Sequence record: PP968062.1
DNA: 64,000 nucleotides
Strand: one strand, 5' to 3'
Source of the DNA: Pseudomonas phage HPP-Temi
The notes under the pieces are model-generated. The model had not been told where the DNA came from. It was given only the letters and a program-made list of their open reading frames with translations, and did no database searches. Position numbers and translations under genes: made by a program. This document shows, in pieces, positions 18,240-26,871 of this stretch; within the stretch, counting starts at the first letter, position 1, and each line of letters opens with the position of its first letter.

Positions 18240-18581
18240 TCACGAGTTTACTCTATCGTAGTGATACGAATAGATAGAACTCGCAACATGACTAGCAGAA
18301 CCTGCATTTAAAGAATGGTTCTCAACCATCTTCACCGCACTCTGTGTGATGTCACCGACTTTGTAAGCAAACTCAGTCAGCCACTCTCGCACAGACCCTT
18401 CAGCTATACCAGTCTTGTCGACTACGTCAACTGTTGCTTTATCCAGAAGATCGTCCAACATGGCAACACCGACATTGATGATTGCTTTCTCAAGGTCGAT
18501 AACCACGGCAGAAAACTCCCCACTCACTCGGAGCAGGGAGTCGAGGTCAGGATCGTTCCAATCTAACGAAGGTTCCTTCAT
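18240..18581 (-). CDS. hypothetical acidic protein 113 aa, C-terminal ...DRVNS tail family
   Basis: ORF track. Confidence 0.55.
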   Translation of the reverse strand: MKEPSLDWNDPDLDSLLRVSGEFSAVVIDLEKAIINVGVAMLDDLLDKATVDVVDKTGIAEGSVREWLTEFAYKVGDITQSAVKMVENHSLNAGSASHVASSIYSYHYDRVNS

Positions 18582-18871
18582 TAGGTATTCACGGATTCGA
18601 AGTAAGTCTCGGACAGGCCAGACACACAGGTCAGGTTAACGCCGGGATCTTCCTCGTGGTCGGTGGAACCAGAGATGATGTCTTCGTAGTGATTCTCTAC
18701 CGCATCGAGAACGCCACCGACGGTATAGTCAATAGCAGCAGTAGCTGCACCAACCAGAACATCGTGACCATCATTGGTGTCATCTTTCGACAACTCCTTG
18801 ATTTTGTTCTTGAACAGCTCGATAGCTTCGTTACGTACTTCTACAGCAGCGCCAATCAGTTGAGTAGCCAT
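18581..18871 (-). CDS. hypothetical acidic protein 96 aa, C-terminal ...ESVNT tail family
   Basis: ORF track. Confidence 0.55.
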   Translation of the reverse strand: MATQLIGAAVEVRNEAIELFKNKIKELSKDDTNDGHDVLVGAATAAIDYTVGGVLDAVENHYEDIISGSTDHEEDPGVNLTCVSGLSETYFESVNT

Positions 18872-19371
18872 TAAGCTTCTCCTACAAGTTGTTTGGTTTT
18901 GAGACGCAGTTTGTGTTGCCGGTATTTCAGGATGGAGGATGCCTTGACCTTGCCTTCAATGATCCGCTTGGTTTCTTCGGTGGTAAAGTCAGCATCGATC
19001 TGATAGATGAAATGTTTCTCGTAGAAATGTTGGAATCCATTGAAACCATAATAACCACGAAGCAACTTCCCACCAGTCAGCCGACGCAGTTCCTTGATCA
19101 TTCCAGAACCAATGCCTTTCTTGCGTTGATCTGGCTTAACGTAGAACATGCAGATGTTCTGGCGACACACTTTGTACAAGATGTAACCAACCATCTCTCC
19201 GTTCGTATCATCAATCGCCATCACCACACGGTAACGACTCACGGTACCATTTTTCAGAATGGACTTGACGTAACGACAGAGCGAACCGGAATGTTCATAA
19301 AGTTTATTCTCAACTATCAAACGTAGAGTCATCCTCACGAGGACGGGTGTTTCGATGATACTGTAGTTCAT
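18871..19371 (-). CDS. GNAT-family N-acetyltransferase
   Basis: VGYILYKV...MFYVKPDQRKKGIGSGMIKEL matches GNAT motifs A/B. Confidence 0.7.
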   Translation of the reverse strand: MNYSIIETPVLVRMTLRLIVENKLYEHSGSLCRYVKSILKNGTVSRYRVVMAIDDTNGEMVGYILYKVCRQNICMFYVKPDQRKKGIGSGMIKELRRLTGGKLLRGYYGFNGFQHFYEKHFIYQIDADFTTEETKRIIEGKVKASSILKYRQHKLRLKTKQLVGEA

Positions 19372-19739
19372 CAGCTGTTTACCAACTTGAAGTAATCGAC
19401 AACACCTTCCGAGATATCGATCGCTTCGACATCTTCAGCGGCGAAAGGAATCCAGTTACCACCCGCTTCTACTGCCTCAGCTTTCTCTTCCTCACCTACC
19501 TTTGGGGAAAGAGTAAAACCCGGACAGTCCGGATGACCACCTTCAATGATACCCAGAACACCAGAGATGATTTCATCTGCCAGCGCTGCATTCGGGTTAA
19601 CGTAGGCTTCGAACTTACCCTGCTCAGCTTCAGAGAGGATTTCATCACGTTTACCTTTTACCGCACCAACAAAGAGATCACGTACTTCACTGAAAGTGGC
19701 AGCACGTGGTTCACCGTTACCTTCGAAATATACTGTCAT
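19371..19739 (-). CDS. hypothetical protein 122 aa, C-terminal ...KLVNS tail family
   Basis: ORF track. Confidence 0.55.
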   Translation of the reverse strand: MTVYFEGNGEPRAATFSEVRDLFVGAVKGKRDEILSEAEQGKFEAYVNPNAALADEIISGVLGIIEGGHPDCPGFTLSPKVGEEEKAEAVEAGGNWIPFAAEDVEAIDISEGVVDYFKLVNS

Positions 19740-20158
19740 GGCAGTTCAACCGCTATAGTTAGATCTTCTTTGAATTGCTCGAACTCCTCATCGGTTAACT
19801 GACGAGAAGAGGTCATGCAACGACCGGGATATTGATACCAGGTAATACAGACATCTTTCCAGATCAATGCAACTTCATCCAACCCTGGAAGGCGGAATGT
19901 CTCAAGTACGTCAGTCTTCAGGGTGGGTCCACCAGGATACGGGTTCAGTCGTTCGTGATCAACTTTACTGATCTCTTTGAGAAGATCATAGAGAGGACCA
20001 TTGGAGACAATAACCCAATTGGAGGCCAGGGCAATATCCTCTTCAGGAATGCTTGCCCAGTGCTCGCGCTCGCAGTCGTCCATATCCTCATCAAGCGGTT
20101 TCCCACCGATCAAGGAATAGGCATGTTGTGCAACTTCAACCAGCCTCATGTTTTTCAT
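19736..20158 (-). CDS. hypothetical protein 140 aa
   Basis: ORF track. Confidence 0.6.
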   Translation of the reverse strand: MKNMRLVEVAQHAYSLIGGKPLDEDMDDCEREHWASIPEEDIALASNWVIVSNGPLYDLLKEISKVDHERLNPYPGGPTLKTDVLETFRLPGLDEVALIWKDVCITWYQYPGRCMTSSRQLTDEEFEQFKEDLTIAVELP

Positions 20159-20499
20159 AGCTTGATCCTGATTTTGGTTATACCACAGCTGTGTTCACCA
20201 AACTCGACTTTCTTCCAACCGGAAGCTTTCAGGCGAGCAAGGACTTCTTTCTTAACGGCAGGTGCAATCTCGTCTTTATGTTCAACGACGATTTCATAGT
20301 TCTTGACGTAATGGAAGTTGTTGTAACCCGGTAGGTTCTCAAGCATCTTGGTGCGGATGCTGACACAGACTTCATCAGCTTGTCGGACAATCAACATTTC
20401 GATGATTTCAGCACGAGTCGGAATCGTGGTATTGCCAACTTCTTTCTGGAGAGTCAAGATCGCATTCGCCAGTTGTTCCTTAGATATACCGAGAGTCAT
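20155..20499 (-). CDS. hypothetical protein 114 aa
   Basis: ORF track. Confidence 0.6.
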   Translation of the reverse strand: MTLGISKEQLANAILTLQKEVGNTTIPTRAEIIEMLIVRQADEVCVSIRTKMLENLPGYNNFHYVKNYEIVVEHKDEIAPAVKKEVLARLKASGWKKVEFGEHSCGITKIRIKL

Positions 20500-20939
20500 C
20501 GTACAAGTTCTCCAACAGTCAAGAAGACTTTAATGAGAGTTTCAGTTTCGGTTGCATCGTGGGGATTCTGGACATCGAGTACCTCCACGAAATAACCATG
20601 TTTACCGATAGCTTCTTTTACAGAGTTCTTCAGGTCTTTCGGAAGGATATGCATGACCTGTACTTCGAACCAGGCTGCTCCTTCTTTGTTGTACTTGATG
20701 TTTTCGTAGTTACCACCGTAGCTATCCAGTTCCATTTCCTGACGCAGATCCCGAAGAATCTGAGTGGTCATGTATTGGACATAGTGACGATAGAAGCTAT
20801 CATGTTGTTCGATTAAAACAGTTTTGTCCCGAGTGAAACGAAGTACTTCCCGTTCGTTCAGGGGGATGATCCCACCGTTACTCACCGAAGCGCACTTGCT
20901 TGAGGAGAGCCAGGGTAGCCACTTCCAGTAGTTCGTCAT
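20496..20939 (-). CDS. hypothetical protein ~147 aa
   Basis: ORF track 20496..20951; overlaps the upstream gene by ~60 nt, start uncertain. Confidence 0.45.
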   Translation of the reverse strand: MTNYWKWLPWLSSSKCASVSNGGIIPLNEREVLRFTRDKTVLIEQHDSFYRHYVQYMTTQILRDLRQEMELDSYGGNYENIKYNKEGAAWFEVQVMHILPKDLKNSVKEAIGKHGYFVEVLDVQNPHDATETETLIKVFLTVGELVR

Positions 20940-21462
20940 CTTCAACCTCAATATCTCTCAGTAGCATCATTCCGTCCCATTCGAAGCAACGGTCTTTAAG
21001 GGCAGCGTTAACGCTACTCGGAATCATCAGGTAGACATCGTACTCTTCGCCATCATCATCCAGTTGTCCCAAGCTATGCATCGTGACATCACCCATTTTA
21101 GGGATTGGAGTCATTCGATGAACACCAGGGGTATTGGTGACTTTGATGAAGGTCTTGATGTCCTGAGTGAACTCCATTGATTCACTAATAGCCTTATCCA
21201 AGAAGGTCTCATCCGTCAGATTGACCAGACTGAAACGACCTTGCGGGATATAACGCGTACAGTTGGAATTGCAATACGTCTGGACGATAGGAGTAACAGC
21301 TAGTTCCCATCCAGTTTCATTCTCTGGGCTTGGCATCCAAGACCCATGAATGATTGCGATCTTGTTACCCAATGATACCACCTCGGATAGGCTCTTGATC
21401 TTGGAAGGAAATCCGTACAGTGGGAAGCAGTTCGCCAGCACGTTCTTCCCAACCAATCTCAA
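20878..21462 (-). CDS. hypothetical protein 194 aa
   Basis: ORF track. Confidence 0.6.
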   Translation of the reverse strand: MRLVGKNVLANCFPLYGFPSKIKSLSEVVSLGNKIAIIHGSWMPSPENETGWELAVTPIVQTYCNSNCTRYIPQGRFSLVNLTDETFLDKAISESMEFTQDIKTFIKVTNTPGVHRMTPIPKMGDVTMHSLGQLDDDGEEYDVYLMIPSSVNAALKDRCFEWDGMMLLRDIEVEDDELLEVATLALLKQVRFGE

Positions 21463-21539
21463 GACTGCGAATACGCTTTGCGATATCGGGATTGGAAGCG
21501 AGAATAGACTTGCCGCCGTTTACGAGAACTTGAAGACGG

Positions 21540-21710
21540 TCACCGGAACGACTGGACATTTGCAGCTACCTCTTGACAGGAGAGTGGATATTTAATGCAT
21601 TGCTCAGCTTGCCGTTCAGCATGCTTCTTACTGTAGATACAGCCAATGATCATCAATGCAATTACTGAAATGATCATCAGCCAAATTGATTGTTTCCTCT
21701 TATGCGTCAT
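21540..21710 (-). CDS. possible small membrane protein (~56 aa, MTHKRKQSIWLMIISVIALMIIGCIY...)
   Basis: ORF track 21540..21851 runs through the terminator/promoter; ATG with AAGGAA RBS 20 nt downstream of the promoter element. Confidence 0.4.
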   Translation of the reverse strand: MTHKRKQSIWLMIISVIALMIIGCIYSKKHAERQAEQCIKYPLSCQEVAANVQSFR

Positions 21711-21737
21711 TTGCATGTTCCTTGTGAATTTAGCTAA

Positions 21738-21772
21738 TACGTAATATAGATTTGAAAAAAATTTTAGTGTAC
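21738..21772 (-). promoter_or_regulatory. promoter-like element family B
   Basis: minus strand reads CTAAAATTTTTTTCAAATCTATATTACGTA immediately downstream of a terminator. Confidence 0.45.
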
Positions 21773-21775
21773 AAA

Positions 21776-21797
21776 GCCCTCTCCCGAAGGAGAGGGC
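21776..21797 (-). terminator. terminator GCCCUCUCC-UUCG-GGAGAGGGC
   Basis: perfect 9-bp stem with CGAA loop, U-rich tail on minus strand. Confidence 0.7.
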
Positions 21798-21804
21798 ATA
21801 TGTC

Positions 21805-22254
21805 TTATTTCTTTTCTGCCGGGTTGGGTACAGTAAACGGTTTAGGATCAAAACTCTTACTCATCCTGCAAGCAGAGAAAAGCCTTTCTGCGGCACGATC
21901 GGTAGCGGTCATCCCATTAAAGCCGTTATGGCCAAACTGTTTCCTATACCGCGTGATATCGACATGGAAGTTAACGATCTTGTCTTTGATATACCACAGC
22001 GCAGTAAGATTCGCAGTGATTTCGTACTCCATGGTTTTTGGCATATCTTTTGCTTTGTTCCATAGAGTCCAGTATGCCTTCTGAACGGCAATAGAAGCCT
22101 GATCGGAATTGGCGTTTTTCTCTTCGATCTGATTACCTACAACAATACTGGTTTGATATACCAGCGCGCAAACGTCATCGTTCAACGCGAGGTAATTATT
22201 CGCATTAACAGCGAAAGAGAAAAACATAAGAACGAAAGCAGCTACGTATTTCAT
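21805..22254 (-). CDS. secreted/periplasmic protein 149 aa
   Basis: N-terminal signal peptide MKYVAAFVLMFFSFAVNA. Confidence 0.6.
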   Translation of the reverse strand: MKYVAAFVLMFFSFAVNANNYLALNDDVCALVYQTSIVVGNQIEEKNANSDQASIAVQKAYWTLWNKAKDMPKTMEYEITANLTALWYIKDKIVNFHVDITRYRKQFGHNGFNGMTATDRAAERLFSACRMSKSFDPKPFTVPNPAEKK

Positions 22255-22268
22255 GGGATCTCCTTAAT

Positions 22269-22724
22269 TTAGAGGGCGCGCCCATTGATGGGACGAAGAT
22301 ATTCAAATTTGGTACCGATGGCTTTCTTACAATCGAGGTAAGTGGCACCACCGATAAAATCAGGATACTGACTGAGATTACCTTTTAGGTTAAGCCAATT
22401 AAGGCGGTAGGTTTTACTATAAAGGTTATTATGCAGGGTTGGTGAATAAACTGCAATGTAGTGGAATATTGCCCAACTAGTCGGATCTTTTGTTTCGTTG
22501 TTCAAAAGAACGGTAACGACCTGCTGTGAGAGATCACGAGCACTTACATTGCTTTCCATGTTGTCAATAGCGAGAGCAGTTGCGAAGATCTCAACTTTTT
22601 CACAAAGCTCTACATCGACCACACGGGTATCCCGCATGAAACCTTTGGGTGGTGGTGCAGCATTGGCTACACTCAACACCGCCAGCATTACAAAACCTAC
22701 AATAAGACGAGCGAACATATTCAT
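22269..22724 (-). CDS. secreted/periplasmic protein 151 aa
   Basis: signal peptide ending ...VANA-APPP. Confidence 0.6.
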   Translation of the reverse strand: MNMFARLIVGFVMLAVLSVANAAPPPKGFMRDTRVVDVELCEKVEIFATALAIDNMESNVSARDLSQQVVTVLLNNETKDPTSWAIFHYIAVYSPTLHNNLYSKTYRLNWLNLKGNLSQYPDFIGGATYLDCKKAIGTKFEYLRPINGRAL

Positions 22725-23077
22725 TTACTCCCTGCGAATTTGTAACCCACGTTAGCTTCACAACTTTCGATTATTGCCTGGACAATATCTTTATCAGGAT
22801 AACTCTTAGATATATTGCGACGAATGTCCATGACCAGAACTTGAGCATAGACCGCACCTGTACGAATGTCTTCGTTATCGGTGTTACCCATGCGCTTATT
22901 CAGGTAGGACATCGCTTGAAACTGATCTCCCCCGTTCCGAAAAATCTTGATAACATCACGGGACATGGACACAGCGATCTTACAGGATTTCTCGGTGATC
23001 AGTTGGTCTTTCTCTGCGAACGAAGGTTGGCAGCCAGTGAACAGCATGATCAGAAAAGCGAGTACGTAACGTTTCAT
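22721..23077 (-). CDS. lipoprotein 118 aa (two Cys in mature part)
   Basis: signal peptide with lipobox LFTGC. Confidence 0.6.
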   Translation of the reverse strand: MKRYVLAFLIMLFTGCQPSFAEKDQLITEKSCKIAVSMSRDVIKIFRNGGDQFQAMSYLNKRMGNTDNEDIRTGAVYAQVLVMDIRRNISKSYPDKDIVQAIIESCEANVGYKFAGSK

Positions 23078-23107
23078 CTTCTTAACCTCTTTGGTGTGTA
23101 TATCAAG

Positions 23108-23147
23108 TTTGTAATATAGCCTTTAAAAGGCTTTAAATGTTAAATTG
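23108..23147 (-). promoter_or_regulatory. promoter-like element family A (perfect palindrome AGCCTTTTAAAGGCT + TATATTACAAACTTG)
   Basis: minus strand reads CATTTAAAGCCTTTTAAAGGCTATATTACAAACTTG. Confidence 0.5.
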
Positions 23148-23162
23148 AAAAGGACATAAAGC

Positions 23163-23178
23163 CCTCCCCGAAGGGAGG
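23163..23178 (-). terminator. terminator CCCUCC-UUCG-GGGAGG
   Basis: GC stem with CGAA loop between two genes. Confidence 0.55.
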
Positions 23179-23185
23179 ACCTCAT

Positions 23186-23458
23186 TCAGAGAGCGTAAGA
23201 CTCAACGATAGGGCCAACTAGGTAGCCCACCCATATAGCCATTACACACGGCATTGCAAAATCATGCATGTCCATCCAACGCTTGAACCACTTGGGAGAA
23301 CGCTTGAACACCCACTTCCAAATATCTCGCGCTTTGAATTGGATATACACGTAGAACCAGATGGAGACACCGATGAACAGAAATATTGCAGCCTTCTCAT
23401 GGTAAGCCGAGATGTAAGCTGTAATGATGCCAACGATGATCGCTAGGTAGTATTGCAT
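23186..23458 (-). CDS. small membrane protein 90 aa (2-3 TM)
   Basis: ORF track; hydrophobic. Confidence 0.55.
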   Translation of the reverse strand: MQYYLAIIVGIITAYISAYHEKAAIFLFIGVSIWFYVYIQFKARDIWKWVFKRSPKWFKRWMDMHDFAMPCVMAIWVGYLVGPIVESYAL

Positions 23459-24063
23459 TATACCTCCAGTTTGGCGAGCGCTTCATCCAGGAACATTTTG
23501 AACACATCTCGTACAACCGGATGCGCTTTCGTCATCCGATTATAGAGATCGAGTTTCTCGTTGAGGAACACCGGAGCAAACTTCGGAGAGTCTTCAACAA
23601 TAACGTAGACGTTAGTCAGAGACTCGATCAGTTTACAGGTTTGCGTGATATCGCAGCACGACTCCAGTTGGGTGTGGTAAGTATCAATACGAACTTTGCG
23701 CGGAGCATCGAAGTTCGGTTGAGTCAAACCTTTCACAAGCCTGGTGATATAAGGAGTGAAGTGAACCAATACATCTTCAATGGTCCAACTACTATCCTCA
23801 ACAATGTCATGAAGCCACAAAGCAGCTTGCTCACCGGGTCCCAGGCCGAATACCTTGGCGATGGTAGCGGAGTTGTGTAAGTGGGTCCATACAGGCAAAC
23901 CAGAGCCTTTACGACGCTCTCCTGATCCGATCGTGTAACCTACCCCAATAGCGGCTGCCAACTCTACAGTATGGTGCCCTTTCCATAGCGGAAGCACGTT
24001 CGCTGGAAGGCGAGTATCCAAGATAGCTTTAACTTGCTGATATGCTTCTGCTACTACGTCCAT
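23458..24063 (-). CDS. HD-domain phosphohydrolase, Rel/SpoT-hydrolase-like (small alarmone hydrolase candidate)
   Basis: H..E..........HD..ED pattern: HHTVELAAAIG ... LWLHDIVEDS; 201 aa single domain. Confidence 0.55.
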   Translation of the reverse strand: MDVVAEAYQQVKAILDTRLPANVLPLWKGHHTVELAAAIGVGYTIGSGERRKGSGLPVWTHLHNSATIAKVFGLGPGEQAALWLHDIVEDSSWTIEDVLVHFTPYITRLVKGLTQPNFDAPRKVRIDTYHTQLESCCDITQTCKLIESLTNVYVIVEDSPKFAPVFLNEKLDLYNRMTKAHPVVRDVFKMFLDEALAKLEV

Positions 24064-24099
24064 AACTTACTCCAGGGTGAATAAAATTTCGGTTTTCCC

Positions 24100-24579
24100 T
24101 TAATTGGGGAAAAGGATATGCTCATTGGGATCAATAAAGAAACCACAATTGACGAGGATAACATCCATCCAGGTTTTAGTCTGGAGGATACCTACCTCAT
24201 GTGCATCTACTAGATCAATGAGATCCAGTGGATCGAATGAACCGTAATACGTAGGTCCATCTTCCAGCTGGAATTGGTAGAAGCGGAGTCTCGATGTGTC
24301 CTCTTCATCCAACGGATCAAGAGTATCATCTGCATCTTCATCGTCGTCATCCAAACCTAGCATCAGATCTAGTACGTGTTCACGATAAAGGAAACGCTGC
24401 CCACTTTCTACAGTGAACATATGCTTCTTACCTGCAACTGGGATACGGCGTTTGAATTGAGGTTCTGCAATGAAAGCACGATAGCTTTCTTCCAGACCAT
24501 CAGCTCGACCACAGGCCAGCGTTGAGGAACGGATAGCGGTTAACATCACTGCTTCCAAGATTGGATGCATCTCAATCAT
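24100..24579 (-). CDS. hypothetical protein 159 aa with poly-acidic stretch (DDDDEDADDTLDPLDEED)
   Basis: ORF track. Confidence 0.55.
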   Translation of the reverse strand: MIEMHPILEAVMLTAIRSSTLACGRADGLEESYRAFIAEPQFKRRIPVAGKKHMFTVESGQRFLYREHVLDLMLGLDDDDEDADDTLDPLDEEDTSRLRFYQFQLEDGPTYYGSFDPLDLIDLVDAHEVGILQTKTWMDVILVNCGFFIDPNEHILFPN

Positions 24580-24607
24580 TGCTGCCTCCTATTGACAGGT
24601 TGATGAT

Positions 24608-24648
24608 CACTTACATGATGTAGATCTAAGATAATTTTTAACAAAAAG
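24608..24648 (-). promoter_or_regulatory. promoter-like element family B
   Basis: minus strand reads GTTAAAAATTATCTTAGATCTACATCATGTAAG after a terminator. Confidence 0.45.
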
Positions 24649-24663
24649 AAAAACGATAAAAGT

Positions 24664-24683
24664 CCCTCTCCCGAAGGAGAGGG
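24664..24683 (-). terminator. terminator CCCUCUCC-UUCG-GGAGAGGG
   Basis: 8-bp stem with CGAA loop, TTTTATCGTTTTTC on minus strand. Confidence 0.7.
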
Positions 24684-24694
24684 CTTTATATCAC

Positions 24695-25087
24695 TTAGGC
24701 TTTCGGTGCGTCGCAGTTCTGCGCGATATTACGAAGAACTTCTTTCAGGAGAGCACGCATCCAACCTTCGGAACGAATACCTTGACGGTACTTATGTATG
24801 ATGGTTATCCGCCCGATAGCATCCTTATCGAACTCGTATTCGATCCAGCTGGTTTCTTTATTACGAGTAACCGTCACATTGATAATGAAGCGATCAGGAG
24901 CTTCCGATTTCCAGTCAATGCGAACATCGACTTTGTGATCATCAGGACCTTCGGCGTTCTCTACGATGTACGGAAGTTTCTCCGGGGTTACCTTGTCCAG
25001 GATGAATTGGAACAGGGCAATAGCCACTGCATCGTATTCAACATGGTACAGCTCATTACGACGGAGACGGTGAAATTCCTGATCCAT
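24695..25087 (-). CDS. hypothetical protein 130 aa
   Basis: ORF track. Confidence 0.6.
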   Translation of the reverse strand: MDQEFHRLRRNELYHVEYDAVAIALFQFILDKVTPEKLPYIVENAEGPDDHKVDVRIDWKSEAPDRFIINVTVTRNKETSWIEYEFDKDAIGRITIIHKYRQGIRSEGWMRALLKEVLRNIAQNCDAPKA

Positions 25088-25096
25088 ACCTGTTCC

Positions 25097-25435
25097 TTAG
25101 CGAGTAACGTACTCGGCCCACTTGATGAGAGTTTCAGCTGCTTCACGATAGAGCTCTGCCGATTCGATGCAACCCCGCGTACCGAAATGCAGGATGACTA
25201 CACCACCGTCATGCACGAATGCATCAAAGTGGAGAATCCCCGGACCCGTACCAACAGCGAACGTCCAGGTCTTTACAGTTTCATCAGCACTGGTGTCACC
25301 GATGATGACCTGAGTACCGTTGCAAAAGTGAGTTCGAGTTTCACTCAAGCAATTCGGATTGGTCGTGATCGTATCGGTTACGACCGTGATGATGGTTTTC
25401 TTCCACAACTCTTGGTAACGCTTATCAACGTCCAT
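25097..25435 (-). CDS. hypothetical protein 112 aa
   Basis: ORF track. Confidence 0.6.
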   Translation of the reverse strand: MDVDKRYQELWKKTIITVVTDTITTNPNCLSETRTHFCNGTQVIIGDTSADETVKTWTFAVGTGPGILHFDAFVHDGGVVILHFGTRGCIESAELYREAAETLIKWAEYVTR

Positions 25436-25450
25436 TGACTACCCTCCTTA

Positions 25451-25852
25451 TTACTTGATGCTCGGCATGATCGGTTTGCCATTCTGATCACAGTGGGAAG
25501 AACAGTAAGCAACTGCCTCAGTGAACAGGCTGTTGACTTCCTCCATGTCGGAGATGATGTCATCGGACATCGTACCGCCAACCAGCTGGAAGTCAACACC
25601 GCCAGGAACACCGTAGCTGTATTCCTGAGTGATGTGCCAGATACGATCAGAGACCGTAACTTCAGCACGTACCATGCTCAGACGACGATCGACCGATTCG
25701 TGGTGGAAGGTGACAGTCGCGTCACCGACTTCTACCGTGGGGAGAGCATTGGCAGCTTCACGACGGAAGGAGTTGTTGTAGTAAACGAAGATGGCTTCTG
25801 CTACACGTTGCAGAATGGTGATATGTACACTGGTTTGAATTTCAGCGTTCAT
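25451..25852 (-). CDS. hypothetical protein 133 aa
   Basis: ORF track. Confidence 0.6.
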   Translation of the reverse strand: MNAEIQTSVHITILQRVAEAIFVYYNNSFRREAANALPTVEVGDATVTFHHESVDRRLSMVRAEVTVSDRIWHITQEYSYGVPGGVDFQLVGGTMSDDIISDMEEVNSLFTEAVAYCSSHCDQNGKPIMPSIK

Positions 25853-25916
25853 GAGAATTCCTCTATTGATTATCGATGGTCTTCTTTACGTATTTGAATG
25901 ATAGTCTTTCGAATAT

Positions 25917-25953
25917 CATATTTGTAATGTAGGCTTTTAAAACGTTTAAATAC
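25917..25953 (-). promoter_or_regulatory. promoter-like element family A variant (TACATTACAAATATG)
   Basis: minus strand reads GTATTTAAACGTTTTAAAAGCCTACATTACAAATATG. Confidence 0.45.
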
Positions 25954-25973
25954 AAAAAAAAAGAAATAAACAT

Positions 25974-25991
25974 GGGGAGCCGAAGCTCCCC
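25974..25991 (-). terminator. terminator GGGGAGC-UUCG-GCUCCCC followed by U9
   Basis: perfect 7-bp stem with CGAA loop; ATGTTTATTTCTTTTTTTTT on minus strand. Confidence 0.75.
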
Positions 25992-25996
25992 TATGC

Positions 25997-26557
25997 TTAG
26001 ATAGAACGACACAGGGTAGAATCGAGATTCTGGGTGGATTCCAGGAACACCGAACGCAGATCGATGCCCCAACCACTAATGGCTTCAGCAGCCTCGGGCC
26101 AATATTCGGTACCAAGAGGACTCTCGAAGGCGAAACGAGGGCCGTCGAGATCACGCAGAGTGAACTTGTTAGCATCAATCAGTTCCAGGTGTTGTACCAG
26201 AATGTGGTAGATCACTTGACACAGAATCGACTTACCACGGTGATTACCACCCAGAACCGCGATACGGAGTTCTTTGCTCCACAGTGGATTGATGGCATTG
26301 TTTACCGGGGGAGATACCTTAGTACCACACGGATGAATAGCGTGCTCACTGACAGTCAGATGATAGCCATCAGCCTTGAATCCACTCAAGATTACAGCGG
26401 AATCGAGATCACCATAGTCTTCACGACCATTGTGTATTACTTCGTGGTTAAGACCAAGAGAGGTAAACCCATTAGAAAGCATATTCCGGATAGCCAGGCT
26501 GGTTGCAGGGTCATCAGTGAGAACGAGGATTTGGTTACGTACGTGGTTATACAGCAT
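25997..26557 (-). CDS. hypothetical protein ~186 aa (alternative GTG start at 26644 would give 215 aa)
   Basis: ORF track 25997..26644; ATG with AAGGAAAAA RBS chosen. Confidence 0.5.
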   Translation of the reverse strand: MLYNHVRNQILVLTDDPATSLAIRNMLSNGFTSLGLNHEVIHNGREDYGDLDSAVILSGFKADGYHLTVSEHAIHPCGTKVSPPVNNAINPLWSKELRIAVLGGNHRGKSILCQVIYHILVQHLELIDANKFTLRDLDGPRFAFESPLGTEYWPEAAEAISGWGIDLRSVFLESTQNLDSTLCRSI

Positions 26558-26732
26558 TTTGTTTTTCCTTGATTTCGTTAAAGGTCTTTTCGTAGAGGGG
26601 TGCAGTGAGATGGCTTTCAGGGAACACGGGTGCTCCACTTCCACCTCTTACCCAACGGATGTAGGTAGTGGGGTCAAACAGATTACTGCGATTGATTTTT
26701 ACTGGTCATTGAAATATCCTAGTGGATATAAA

Positions 26733-26750
26733 GCCCAGCCTAAGCTGGGC
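26733..26750 (-). terminator. terminator GCCCAGC-UUAG-GCUGGGC
   Basis: perfect 7-bp stem, TTTATATCC on minus strand. Confidence 0.55.
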
Positions 26751-26760
26751 ATTTATGTTA

Positions 26761-26862
26761 TCAGATCCAGTCTTCCTCTTTGGTGATGATACCATCGTAT
26801 TCATCAGAAGAAACACCTTCACCAACACCGATGTAGTCTTCCCAAGAATCAGAAACCTTCAT
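26761..26862 (-). CDS. possible small acidic ORF (33 aa, MKVSDSWEDYIGVGEGVSSDEYDGIITKEEDWI)
   Basis: GAGAGA RBS, fills gap, terminator follows its stop; not in the 60-aa-cutoff track. Confidence 0.35.
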   Translation of the reverse strand: MKVSDSWEDYIGVGEGVSSDEYDGIITKEEDWI

Positions 26863-26871
26863 AGTCGTCTC

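Noticed and set aside
21738-21772. Tried to read family-B elements as classical sigma70 promoters (-35 TTGACA, 17 bp, -10)
   Set aside because: A -10-like TATATT/TACATC is present, but the hexamer 17-18 bp upstream is different in every copy. They are reported as promoter-like elements of unknown factor dependence.
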